From the NCBI RefSeq assembly GCF_041956535.1, contig NW_027192206.1:291149-355148 (forward strand): a stretch of DNA of 64,000 bases, in the 5' to 3' direction. The DNA comes from Calcarisporiella thermophila CBS 279.70 (Eukaryota; Fungi; Calcarisporiellomycota). Under the pieces are notes generated by a model. It was not told the DNA's origin and did not search any database. It worked only from the letters and a program-made list of their open reading frames with translations. Positions within the stretch are counted from its first letter, which is position 1, and each line of letters begins with the position of its first letter. Position numbers and translations under genes: made by a program. Shown here piece by piece: positions 47,068-61,324 of this stretch.

Positions 47068-49734
47068 TTATAAGGTTGCAAATTGTTTGTCAGCATGCTT
47101 TCTCCCATCATTAATATACCTTTTACAAACTTCAGTATAATTAAGCATGTGAATCTTGGGCACTTCACAACTCAACTTCTTTTGGCGAAAGAATTCTACA
47201 TAAACTGCCGTGCTCCCTTGCTTTTTGCCCATCGTATTCAACAACTCTTTTTCTCGAAGCGAAATTGATGCCCCAAATATGGGATCCGGCTCTTCATTGG
47301 AAAATTGATTTGATTCACCTCTTTTTACGAAATCCTGAGCTTGTCTGAGTTCCTGTAGGGTGTGCTCTATTTGGACCAGAAGCACGTTCTTAAAACTATA
47401 CCGGCCATTACCGAGTGGTCTCGAATCATCATTTTTCAATGCATTGAGTTCGTGTCTTGCCTCTTTCACTCTCCCGAGATACATAAGCATACGAGCGCGC
47501 TCAAATCGCGTAAAGTATAAGATATAGTGATCAAGTGCGATTTTAGCATTATGTTTAAGCACATTATCAAAGCAGGACGACGCTAGACTTGAAAAATCTT
47601 CATAGGGGGGCGTAGATTTGCCGTTTTCACGAAAAGCAAGCTTGCACGCAATAATACCTTTGAGCATGTAACCAAGGCAGTAATCATCCCAGTAGTTGGC
47701 ATACGTTTTTGTCTCATCCTCGGAAGTAAGGCTCTGATGTGAATCTGTGGCTGCTATTGGTACCGCTCCAGGGGGAGGAAGATTTTCCGCCTGTTGTTTA
47801 CGTTTCTTGCCTAAGCAAGGTTCAATGACAACAGTTGGTATTACATTCTGGGCAAGGAGGTCTTCGAGCTTATTTAATTCTTCTGCGACTGCATCCAGGC
47901 AATCATGTAGCTGATCTATGTCCATGATATCGTATGCGTTCCAGATATACATGATTTCAAACATTGGGAGAAATAGTCGGTTCCCTTGAGCGAAAAACTT
48001 ACGCGCTTTCCTCGCTACAAATTTCTAAATATTCCGTTAGATATTACAAGCATTGTGTGTTAATTAATTGTTATTCTCACCTCGATCGGCAAGCAGATTT
48101 TCCCCATGTGAGTAACTAAGTGATTTACTTCTGACATAGTCTCAATCGTCTCATCTTGATCTACTTTGGTTCCAAGCGTGTACATTACGGCTGCCTTGTG
48201 GTAGCTGTATGTAGCTTTAGACCACATGCTCTCCATCGCAAGGAAATTTATCCACTTGAATGCTTTCTTCCAATCAAGTAGCATAGAGTAGCATAAGAAT
48301 AGATCCCAGTATGAAACGTGGTGTAGTTGCTTCCATTCTTGATGAGTACGGGTTGCGAACTCGAAGATGCGGATTGCCGTAGGAATGTCATGAGTCAGCA
48401 TATGTAGCTTCCCTTGGCAATAAAGGAACAAAACGCTGTGCTCATACCGCAACAGGAGAGAGCTGACGACTTTGACAGCGGTATTAAGGTTAAAGCTAGG
48501 GTTAAATACGAAGCTGCTGACGATGATATGATATATCACGACAAAACCCTCAATAATAGGGCGTCTCACACCAGCCCGTCCGCGAGATACTCCCCGTTCA
48601 AGAAGTGAGAGTTTGAAACCCTGTCGCCATCCACACGAAGCTTCAAGGAGTTTAAGGCCATACCCAAGATTACCTTTAAACCCAACAAGCTTTACAAGAA
48701 CTCCGAAAAATGGGTAGATTAAATTTATGTACGACAAACATATTATGATAATTGCCCATCCCAACGTGACACCAGAGTAAAAGTCATCGTCTATATTATA
48801 GCGCGAAATATCCTCTCCGTTATCAGCTTCGGCTTCAACGGCTTCCACGAATTTACTCATTGCGTTGTAGAGTACTTGGGAGCGTTTTACATATAACGCC
48901 GACCTTATTAGGGTCTGGATATCGTCTTCTTGAAGCCAGATAAGAGCACACAAGAATAGGTGTGCTTCTGCGGTTATGAGCTCCTAATATTTATATGAGC
49001 GAATAAAATTGTGCAAAATCAGATTGGATGTAAACTTGTAGCCTTACCGCATGTCGCTGGCACATTGTCATTTTCTTGAATGATCTAACGGATGGGCCAC
49101 CTAGAACGATGTCTTCTATTAAATTCTTGCTAGATTTTCGAAGATTAGATGCGAGCGCGATTGAGCATCGAAATGCCTCTATAGCTCTATCGATATCATC
49201 CGGTTGGAATGTAATTAAAGCACGAAACGCTAGAAGGAGTGCATAGCCATGTGTAGAGTACGGATATTTTTTATAGTTCTTCAGCAAAAGTGCTTCTGCG
49301 TCATTCATACGAGAATTAATAAATTTATCGAGCGCAAGTCTTGCTTGATCAAGATCTAATTTAAGGTGATGTTCGTCGACATTTGTAACTCGCACACTGC
49401 TGTCACGATAACTAGATCGCCTTGATGTAGTAACACTTGACATCATTGATAACGAAAGTCTTTTCCATGACATAAGATTGGGAAGAGAACGGGAGCGTAT
49501 TGTTCGCTCTGCAATTGAAAAGCGAGCTGAGAGATTTGATATAGCTCCGGTCGATAATGGACGCGCACGTGGGCGAGAGCGTGGTGTTTTTCGTTGTGCT
49601 GCAGTATTTGACTGTTGACTTCCCGTCAACTCATCACTAAAGGCCGTTAACGCATCTCTGGAATCATTTGGCGCATCAGTGATGTGGGAGTCTGAGGACA
49701 TGAAGCTTCCAGACCACCTCTTTAGAGCTTTCAT
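47068..49734 (-). CDS. IML2/TTC39 (DUF3808) TPR protein (3 exons)
   Basis: QRHAELITAEAHL, QLHHVSYWDL, ESMWSKATYSY, PIE|KFVARKARKF, DHYILYFTRFERAR, RYSF. Confidence 0.85.
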
Positions 49735-50395
49735 TTCTAGGATTAGGAAATATGAATATTAGTACTAAAATTTGCATTTTACGAAGAGAGACTTACTGGA
49801 GGATTTGGTGTGCTAGAGCAATTATTTATAATAAAAGGGTAAGATTGTTGTTATCCTAATTATTTTGAAGGAGAGTTTATATAGCCCATCCAATTTCCAG
49901 GTTTGCCACTCAATTAATCACAGGCGCACATACCCCCGCAATATTTGTTATAAAAAATTTTTACCCGGTGTCCGTCGATCGTTTAACTGTTCTTGAATTA
50001 GGTTAGGTTATTAATTTTAAATAGCTTAATTAACATAAAAATATTATTGTTCCCTAGGGACGCTTGTATCGCATCTTCGCTAATATTAATTCAAATTCTC
50101 ATTTAAGAAACATAAAGTACAGGAAAACTAGTTTCCAAAAATTACTTAATTTTGAAAAAATAAGCTGTATGTCAGTAGGTTGAACCAGGAGACAACAATA
50201 ATTAGATATACGATTTATAAAATGAAAGCTTTCGAATATCTCTGCTATCCGCCAGCCAAAAATTTCTCAATTTTATTATTATACCGTTTTCCTAAAAAGG
50301 GTGATCTGAATTTCTCAAGAATAGACTCTACACTATTTAATAAATTATTTAGCTAAACAGTAACCAGAAATTGATCTAGCAAACTTTTTATCATC

Positions 50396-51642
50396 ATGAC
50401 CAGACATAGTAAAAATAATACAGCGAGTCCGGTTTTTACGTATGCTGAATCTAATAGGCTTGAATATGGCACAAAAAAAGTAATTATCAAATATATTATT
50501 GCAAATCTCTTATTTACTGACTAGATCGTTTTGACTACAGCAACGTTTGGGGAGAGAATCGTTAAGAAATTTTGATGCATGTTTTCTTTGCTTGCAGCGT
50601 GCAAGAGATCCAGTGTGTTGTACTGAGGGCCACCTTGCATGCAGAGAATGTGCTTATGAAAATATTCTAGCACAAAAGAAAGCAATAACTCGACAACAGA
50701 AGCTTGCAGAGCAACAGCGACTAGAACAAGAAGAAGAAACCCGAAAGAAGGAAGAAGCTGCAAAAGAGGCCCTAATCCGAGATTTGGAAAAGCAATCACG
50801 ACTTCCAACCGGAGGTAAAAGAGACTCAGTGAATACCACCTCCTCATTCACTGAAAACGACAACGTCAAAGAAGATGCTTTGAAATCGCCCAATATAAAC
50901 CATGCTGGTAAAATATCCACTCATTTTTTTTTTACCCAAGTCCATTAATTATTTGGTTTTACTAGATTCCTTGATAGCAGCCGGCTCTAAACGTAAATTT
51001 CAGCTTAGTGAGGATCAACTCGCTTCAAATTCTCAGAAAGACCTCGAGAAATATCTGCAAAGAATAGGGAACAAGGAAAAAGAATCTGAAACAAAAGGAA
51101 ACGCACTACCGAGTTTTTGGATTCCCTCACTAACTCCCTCCGAAAAACCTGAGATGATTAAAGTGACTAAATTGCAGCCTATATGTGGTGGATCTGAGAA
51201 AGAACATACGTTTACGTATGTATTATTTAGCCATATCTGCTATTGAATTCTATTCAAGAACTGATTTTTCTGTTTACTTAGACTTAAATCACTGATAAAT
51301 GTAAACTGGACCAAAGAAAAAGGAAAAGATGAATATTTTTGCCCTGCATGCTCAAAATCCTTCAGCAATTCGATGAAAATTGCAAGTAAGTAAAGGGCCG
51401 AATAACCATTTTTATACACACTAATTATAATTTTTTTACTTGATGATTAAGTACTAAGAAACTGTGGTCATGTTTTATGCCGGGGATGTGTAGAGCAGTT
51501 TGTTCGACCATCAAAGCAGTGTTATGTGTGCAATGCAGCACTGAAAGAGAAAGATATCATTAATATGTCGGGAGAAGGCACAGGTTATGCTGGGAGTGGC
51601 GGGAAAGTTCTTGCAACTAAATATGATGTTGCTTTTCAATAA
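50396..51642 (+). CDS. NOSIP: NOSIP homolog, split RING protein of the spliceosome C* complex (multi-exon)
   Basis: MTRHSKNNTASPVFTYAE, RLGRESLRNFDACFLCLQ, LPSFWIPSLTP, CPAC..CGHVLC..C, GTGYAGSGG. Confidence 0.93.
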
Positions 51643-51829
51643 ACACATTATATTATTAATAAATATATGTTTCCTTTGTTATAATAGTACAATTCCCCCA
51701 TTCCAATATAATCCCAGTTTAATTACAAAGTCAAATCTTAACACTTGACATTGAAAGCATAATTTGTGACGGCAAAATTCAACTGTGTGATTTCTGCTTT
51801 TTAACAGCGAATTTTTGTGTCGAAAAAAA

Positions 51830-52482
51830 ATGAACAGCCTAGCTACATCAGAGAATTCTGATGCCACAATTGAAATAGTTCATAACGATTCTCTTCATCC
51901 TTCTTCTATCTCTTCTGATGTAACATTACCACTATCGCCTCCTGGTTCGCCACTTTCAGATCTCAAAGCAAAGTTTGTCCGATTTCACAATCTTACTCTC
52001 CAGGGTCTCCGCTTTAATGATCGACTTGTGCGCAATAAATCATTTAGAAATCCTCATATTTATGCGAAGCTAGTAGAATACGTAGATGAACTTGGAAGCA
52101 ATTTTCCACCAGATATATTCGATCCACATGGTTTCCCTCAAGAGGCATTTGCAGAAAATATCGGTTTGTATATAGCATATTTACCCAATTTAATGATTGG
52201 TAAATAAATCTTGGTGCTATCTAGCTACTGCTCAGAAAAAGAAGGCAGAAGAACGAGCACTTGCTCAATCACAACACCGTTCGCACATAGACTTCGTAAG
52301 CATGAAACCAGAGGCTAAAGACAGTTCAAATATAGCCGAGAAATCGGGTAAATACTTTGCAGCACATTAATGTATTTAAGAAACGTGTATTTAACTCACT
52401 CATTACAATTACTATAGCAGGTGCTAAAAAGCGCCTTTCAAAATGGGATGTACCTGCTCAGGCAAAGCGACAGCAACAGTAA
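51830..52482 (+). CDS. SAP30BP: SAP30BP/HCNGP-like protein (3 exons)
   Basis: FNDRLVRNKSFRNPHIYAKLV..DELGSNFPPDIFDPHGFP and C-terminal KRLSKWD (ULM-like). Confidence 0.87.
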
Positions 52483-52668
52483 AAGTTGGAAGAAGAATTT
52501 GTATGAACTGGATTTAGATGTATGATAGCAAATCGAGAAAATTATTTTTTACATTAATAAACCTATTATTAATCTTGTGAACACTTTCTTGCCCGCACAG
52601 AGATCTTTGATCTCAACTAAAGATTATTTCCATCATAATCCTGACTTGTTCAATTAAAATTTGAGGCA

Positions 52669-54852
52669 ATGGAAACGGTACAATTTGGTTTAAAATTGTA
52701 TTATATATATGCTAAATTTAGTCGCATTCTTTTAGGCTGTCCGCAAGGCCACAAGAAGTTCCTCCACTGAAGCGCCCAAAGCGAAACACCTAAGAGGTAG
52801 ATTGCTAAAATTTCATAGCATTTTTCTCTAAAATTTATGTTAACCAATCATTTTGAACAGTGTTAATTGACTACTCTTCAAGAGCTGACATAACATCTTT
52901 GGATGATATGTTTCATATCATCTATGGTAGATTGCATGAGTCGAATTGGGCTGTAAGTTATTTTTTAATATTTCACATCGGTAAAATGCACCATTAATAA
53001 TTCAATTCATTTAGATTGTATTTAAAGCACTCATTACCATCCACATTTTGATGCGTGACGAGACATGTGGAGAAAATATCTTAAGGTATCTCGCGGCCCG
53101 GCCTGCCATATTCAACGTGTCAGATTTTAAAGACAAATCTGGCAGCCACGGTAATTCCTTAGAATTATCCTACGATTCCCTCGAAACATAATTTATTGCT
53201 ATTTACTTTAGGTGAACAGGCGAAAAATATTCATGCATATGCTGCTTATTTAGAGGAAAAAACTGCAACATTTGCTGATCTTAAGGTGGATATTATTCGT
53301 ACAAGAACACGAGGATCATCTAGTACTCTCCGAAAGGTCCCTCTTTCTGAAGGGCTCTTAACCAAGGTCAGAGTATTACAACGGCAGCTGAATAGCTTGC
53401 TCTCATGTAAGGTAATACGGATGAGTAAATGGATATTTCGCAAAGCTCAGTATATTTACGAATCTTCTAAACAGTTTTTTATCGATGATGTGGACAATGT
53501 GATAACACTAGAAGCTTTTAGACTCTTAATTCACGATCTTTTGAGTCTATTTCAAGTGGTTAATGAAGGGATCATTAATATGCTTGGTAACTTTTTAAAA
53601 CTATGTGTGTATAAACCATATTGCTCTAATTTTTATATATATTACCCAGAGCACTATTTTGAAATGAAAAAAGCGGACGCCCAATCCGCGTTAAAGATTT
53701 ATAAGGAGTTTACAGCTCAAACAGAAAAAGTTGTTGATTATCTTGGAGTAGCTAAGCGACTTCAGGGGTCGTTAAGGCTAACAATTCCAACATTGAAGCA
53801 TGTATGATCTTAGCACATCATATTAACCTATTTTTTGCATTTTTCATCTAATTTTATTTTTCGTAAATTATTCAATTTTCAAAACCTAGGCTCCAGTGAG
53901 TCTTGCTACAGTGTTAGAGCAATATATCAACAGCCCTGATTTTGAAGAGAACCGGGAAGCATACAGGAGCGGCCAGATAGCCAGCAAAGAGAAAAAAACA
54001 AACGAGTTCCAAAAAACCTCAGCAACGGTATCTTCCGGTAATCCTGCAAGTAAATATCTATACCAATACATAGAAAATTATAAGTATATAATACTCAAGT
54101 TTGTTCAAGCAGAAGCCAACACCTCCAACTCTTCAAAGCCTGAAGCCCAAAAAGAAATTGATATGATTGATTTCTTCGGAAGTCTTGAACAAGAGCAAAC
54201 AGTCGTTTTCGAAACCCCGCCTTCCGCAGGCCTTAATACAGTTCAGCCTTTAGCAAATCTCAACAGCTACGGAATGGCTAATTTTCCACTAGGAAGTTCA
54301 GCACCTATTACCACAACACCTCAGCAAAACTCAACACCTGATTCCAATCCTTTTCGACTGGCATTGAACCAGTCTGCGTCGATGGTTTCCACTACGACCG
54401 CGGGAACTAACCCTTTTCGGTGTTCACTCCTACCAAATTCAAGTTCAAATCCTTTCGCCTCTCCGCAACAGCTGCACCCTCAACCACAGCCTTTAATTCA
54501 GCAACAGCAAACGCAATTTTCATGGCAAACGCAGCAGCCTACTACCAACACATCTATTTCGCAATCCGGAGCGTTTTCTTCATGGCGACCGACTGACGCG
54601 CAGTTACCAATGCAACAGCTGCAGAATCCTACCGATAGGAATCCATTTCGAGACTTTTCGAACCCCACAGGAGCTACATCCACAACGAGCTCAATCCAAA
54701 ACAACCCCTTCAGCCTTGGAGAAAAGGCACCTCAAAATGCGCTCTTTCCATTACAATCGCAGCAACTTCAATACCAAACACAACAGCAACAACTCCAGTC
54801 GAAGTCACCATTTAATTCACAGGCTTTTCCTAACAGCGGATCTATTTTCTGA
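52669..54852 (+). CDS. YAP1801: AP180/CALM-type ANTH clathrin assembly protein (many exons, 9-nt first coding exon)
   Basis: MET|AVRKAT..APKAKHL, IVFKALITIHILMRD, NEGIINMLEHYFEM, five NPF motifs in a Gln-rich tail. Confidence 0.9.
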
Positions 54853-55065
54853 TTTTTTTTTAATTTGTGTCGACAGGTATTATATCATTCCCATTCTTGA
54901 CGCTATGTTTAAAGGGAATAAAGCCATTCTGGTGTTGTAACATTTGTTACCAGCCATTTTATTTAATTTTATAAATACGATTATACAAATCTATCTGTAT
55001 TATTCACACATAAGCTTCCGCTATTGGAGAAATTCAAACAGAAGGATTTCAAAACGTTTGGCTGT

Positions 55066-56558
<1,493 letters not shown>

Positions 56559-57990
56559 AGTGCTAGATGATTACTGGAGGAAAAAAAAACAGATGGCTAT
56601 TATTGGATGATTGAAAATGGGGATTTTCTAATGAGGAATGTTCTCGTTAGGGTGAACAACCTGTAAAGAGAAAAAAAAAAATATTAGACCAAAACAAATT
56701 TTATTTATAGGGAAGATTAGTGAGGCGCAGCATCTTGGTTGACTACTCAGTTCGATATCACAAAAAGTTCCATATTATGATAATATACTTTAATTAAATA
56801 TTGGTTAAAAACCCATAGCCTAATGAAAATATGAAAAAAAACATACATTAATGTTGGTACGCAGAGTATCCCGACCTATAATTCTCACCAATGTCCACCA
56901 CAATTGATGCATAATATGCAAAGCCGTTATACCTGTTGTGCCCTGATTTGCACATATAAATTATTAACCCATTCATCGATAATGTACGCGAAATTACAAA
57001 TATACAGAATAGGCAACAACTAGAAGAAATGATTAACTTGAAACTGCCTTAAAGCAATTTCTATATATATTGAACTATATTTCTTCTCTGCGATGTCAGG
57101 GGGCGATGTTTTACATCCCGACTTTTATTTTATTTTATTTCAGGTAGTAATAGGTTATGTGAATTTTCAGACTCTACTGCTGCGTTTTCGAGTTGAGCTT
57201 TCATTTTCTCAAAAATTCCATGAGACACGATGATGATTAAAAATAAAGATGAAATAACATGGCGTCAAGAGGGTATTTCTGTAGGGTTAACCTGTTTTAT
57301 ATGTGTAGAATGGAGCCAATAAGATAATACAAAAAACGTCCTAGCACTGGCACTGTTAGCCCTAGTCGCACTTTAAAGGGTCATGATCGAGCGACACCAT
57401 GCTCAGGCTTTCATGCATAATAGGTTGGTAGCAGCAGCAACTCTATTACTTATTGTACATATAGTCGCAGGTAACACTCCACCGTTATTGAACATTGAGA
57501 CGCATTTAACGTATTGCTCAATGGCAATGAAATGCTTTTCTCAAGCTAGACACATTAGGCATATATACAGACGTTTTTTAAAAAGATGAAGTATTCTCAA
57601 GTTGATATATATCCGAACTCTGCATCTGCATAGTTCGAATTACAACATGACTTATTATAAAGGATTTGGGTTTTCATTTTTAGTGTAATAAGAGGAGGGC
57701 TTTTAGCTTTTCGAAGAGAAAACCAGTGACGGAAGCCCTTTCTTCTTAGAAGGACTCTTCGCCATAGGGGAAAGTACATAGAGAGAATTGTCTGAAGAAT
57801 TTATAGACGAGTTTGTCACATGTATAGGGTCATTGTCCTACAAATAAATTGGCGACGTATTATTCAAAGCGGGGAGCCAATATTCTGGCTTGGGTTTAGC
57901 GGAGTCGAAGACGAAATGAGGATGGATCCCTGCAAAGCGAGCTCTAGCAAATGCTCGATGATGTTGTTGGCAAATCGTGGTAGAATTCAC

Positions 57991-57998
57991 CGTGGGAA
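57991..57998 (+). promoter_or_regulatory. Canonical CSL binding site CGTGGGAA
   Basis: Exact match to YGTGRGAA, about 810 nt upstream of the CSL ATG. Confidence 0.4.
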
Positions 57999-58537
57999 CC
58001 CTGAATTTGGCTCTTTAGTAAAGTCAAGATATAGGATAAATGGAGATGGCCTCTCCAATGGGGATTTATTCTAGTGCAGTCATCGTCTTTCCCTGAAGAG
58101 TATAGTCGGATGTGGTCCATGCAATGGAGACGAAGCTTCTCAAGGGACTCCAGGCGGAAGTTCAACAGGGTTTTCAGAGCTTGCGGGTTTCTCCCACGGC
58201 ACTAAGAGTTAAGGCTCTTATCTGCGTGGTGGCTCAGCCCTTGGAGCACTCCAGGATTACGCTGGGGCTCAGCGCTCGGTGGTGGTCCCCTCTTGCCTGC
58301 AGGGCTTACTCCGCGCCTCGGCGACGGCGTGCTTATATAATGTCAGCCGAATAGGTCGGTGAGTTTCCATACGATGAGCACAAAATGTCAGCTGCCTCAT
58401 TTGTGAGATGCGATTATCAGCATCGATAAATTTCAGCTTGCGCAACATTTTCACATGCACATGTTTCCATTCTCTTGGACCAAGTTTATCACTGCGTCTA
58501 ATCGATAGCACATGACTAGGTAAAAATTTTTGTTTTT

Positions 58538-58545
58538 CGTGAGAA
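58538..58545 (+). promoter_or_regulatory. Canonical CSL binding site CGTGAGAA
   Basis: Exact match to YGTGRGAA, about 260 nt upstream of the CSL ATG. Confidence 0.4.
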
Positions 58546-58804
58546 TTTATTAGTGTTATCTCTCTCGATCAATTTTTAATTATTTTTCTAAAGGTATTTT
58601 TCCCTCAGTCGGTTAACTACTTGTTAACAAATGACACAAGATTTCTTTTTCTCCCTCTTTTTCCGCCCTTAGCCAACTCGACCTTGCCCCGCTCCCAAAC
58701 ATCCAAATCATCTTAATTAATTGCCCATTCTTGCCCATTTTCGCTTTCCTCCCAACCTCGCTTGAGTTTCCCCATTTTCTCCACACCGCCCCACCAATCA
58801 AATA

Positions 58805-60652
58805 ATGCCAGAACAACAGCCAAACCAACAGTCCGCGTCCATATCCCACATCTCCACGCCCCGGAAGCTCACTGACGCACTCCCGCTTGTAGCTGCTGTG
58901 CTGCCTGCACAAGATGAGCCCTTCTCGGACCACAAGAACTGGCGCCGCATCCAGCACTCTTCCACCTACTCTCCTCTCCCCTGTCATCCATCTTCTCGCC
59001 GAACTTCACATCCAAATGCCGGAATGGAATCCCTGCTTGCTGCTATCGATAATCTCGCCGACGCACCCTTCCACCCAAGTCTAACTCGGCGTGCTCGTGC
59101 GTCCGCCAAGGCCCAGAAGAATCAACAGCAAAACCATCAACAAGGCTACCGGCATATACCTTCACCTAATTCCAGCTTACCACTTGATGATTCCCCTTGT
59201 GGCACGGGGGGCAAACGGGCCAATTCCCCTCCCGTCATGTCGATTGCCTCGCTCTTGGATTCGCCCTCACCGCATTCCTCATCACCAAACGAACTTAGCC
59301 AAGTGGAGCGGTCAGTGGCATCTATTCTTGTAGCCACAGCTTCTAGATCGAGTCCCACGGATATCAACACAGAGCAGGAGAAGGCCTACAACGGAAAGCA
59401 GGATTCAAAGATCAGAAAACGATCTCGAGCCGACTCTGGGGCTATGTCAGAGCGGGAGAATCGAATCGTTAAACCCCGGCACTCTCCTGCTCCCACTCCG
59501 GGTACTTTTCGTGTTATATGCCAGCATGCGTCGGTTGCACAGAAATCCTACGGCGGCGAGAAACGATTCTTGTGCCCGCCCCCTGTAGTGCGCATACAAG
59601 GATTCAATGGAGTTGAGCGGCCGCATGCGGTCCTCTCGGTGATAGGCGAGGGGGTCTCGCAGGAACAGAGCACTCCCCTTGGTACCAACCTCACGGGTAT
59701 GTTCAAATACTTGCATGTCAGCGCTGCCAAATCCAAGCAATTTCGCCTGCATCTATGCCTTGAGACAAGTTCAACGAAGCTTGCGGCCGACTCCGCACCC
59801 ATAACCATTATCTCAAAACCATCGAAAAAGACCGCAAAGGCACGTAATGTCTCTACTTGCGTGCTCTCCAACTCGCGGGTCTCTCTTTTTAACCGCATCA
59901 ACTCACAAACCGTTCGTACTAAATACATGTCTGTCGAAGCTGGAAGACTTTGTGCCAAAAACAGCAGCTGGTCGGCCTTTTGCATCCGCGTGTTGAATAC
60001 AGAGTCAGCTTCAAGCCAAATGAGCCCAGAGCAGGAGCAGGAGCACGAGAGAGATAAAGATGAAGAGCATTCTCAGGGTGAAGAGATGGGCATCACACTG
60101 CACACGTCGGACGAACACGATGAGCAGGAAGTCCAAGAAGATAAAGGACCGTCCCCTCAAAATGCTGCTCTGGAGGAAGAAGCAAAAGGAGGAGTCGAGC
60201 CTCCCAAAAAGAGACACAAGAAAAAGGCTGAATCAAATGACACCATCAGCGCTAGCATTCCCTTGCTTTCATGTGCCCCAGTGCTCTATGGCACCGAGAT
60301 CGAGCTATTTGATCCCGATACGGGCGTTTCCACCGGCCCGCTCATTGTTCGCAAGGTAGAGAAGGGACGCGTGGCGCGTAACGTCCGAGGGCCAGTAAGC
60401 CAAATGCAAAAAGTGGCCCTGCAACGTGTTGGTTCTGACCGTGAATATTTAAGCGCGTCACCGAGCACTTCGTCAGACGAGGAGCGCCACACGCAAGATG
60501 GGTCAACCTTCCTCAGCTTCCAGCGTTCCCGCATGGTACATCGTGAGGGCGAGATTCGTGGTGAAGAAGAGATGGGCGACTTACTATGCTGGACAATTGT
60601 GGGTATCTCTGAATTCGAAGCCGTATGCCAAACCTCAAGTAGTCAAGAGTGA
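58805..60652 (+). CDS. CSL (CBF1/Su(H)/LAG-1) transcription factor, probably fungal class F2 (Cbf12-like); intronless
   Basis: HASVAQKSYGGEKRFLCPPP, ISKPSKK, SLFNRINSQTVRTKY, GPVSQMQKVAL, CWTIVG. The ORF ends after the beta-trefoil with no RHR-C. Confidence 0.92.
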   Translation: MPEQQPNQQSASISHISTPRKLTDALPLVAAVLPAQDEPFSDHKNWRRIQHSSTYSPLPCHPSSRRTSHPNAGMESLLAAIDNLADAPFHPSLTRRARASAKAQKNQQQNHQQGYRHIPSPNSSLPLDDSPCGTGGKRANSPPVMSIASLLDSPSPHSSSPNELSQVERSVASILVATASRSSPTDINTEQEKAYNGKQDSKIRKRSRADSGAMSERENRIVKPRHSPAPTPGTFRVICQHASVAQKSYGGEKRFLCPPPVVRIQGFNGVERPHAVLSVIGEGVSQEQSTPLGTNLTGMFKYLHVSAAKSKQFRLHLCLETSSTKLAADSAPITIISKPSKKTAKARNVSTCVLSNSRVSLFNRINSQTVRTKYMSVEAGRLCAKNSSWSAFCIRVLNTESASSQMSPEQEQEHERDKDEEHSQGEEMGITLHTSDEHDEQEVQEDKGPSPQNAALEEEAKGGVEPPKKRHKKKAESNDTISASIPLLSCAPVLYGTEIELFDPDTGVSTGPLIVRKVEKGRVARNVRGPVSQMQKVALQRVGSDREYLSASPSTSSDEERHTQDGSTFLSFQRSRMVHREGEIRGEEEMGDLLCWTIVGISEFEAVCQTSSSQE

Positions 60653-61324
60653 AATATTTCACAAATATTAGTGTTGACAGAGTTTTGTTCTGCCCAGTCT
60701 TATTATTATTACTAAATCGAGAATAATTAGTAAAAATTTTTTTATCGAGATTACGTTTTGTATTGTTTTTTTATCTATGTTGAACAATTTTAATATCTCC
60801 GTATTTTTATTATTTTATCGAAGTTTTTTTATTTTGTTTGCCCACAATGCACTTATCATGATCCGAGTTTTGTTATATAAACGCAAACGATCAAGTGTAA
60901 TCAAGAAAATATTCATTGATGTTTGGGAGGCGAAAGATTCACCAAAGTTATTAGTCTATAAAAAGACTACAATTTCCATAAAGAGCCGCTATTTTTTGTC
61001 CCTTCAAAATGTGCAATTAAAGTCGTTACAATTACCAAATATTTGTTGAAAATGTGAACCAATATTATGTAAGGTATTCTGGTGCCTTTTACTCCACTAA
61101 CATAAGAGTTTGTTTTTACTGCTCCAGGAGATAGTCCCAGATTACGGAGATGGTATTGCCATTACCATAACCGTTGCTATCTACCATAGCCGTATCCATA
61201 ATTCAGATTTGAATTGAAATCCTCATTCAATCTAATTAAGAGACCTGTGACGACATCAGATTGATTTGATTATACAATTTATTAATTAATAAATAGCGTT
61301 GCCCATTGTTTAGCGTGTCAACCA

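Noticed and set aside
61075-61135. U5 snRNA loop-1 word GCCTTTTAC
   Set aside because: Only a 3-bp closing stem, no CCG internal loop and no convincing Sm site.
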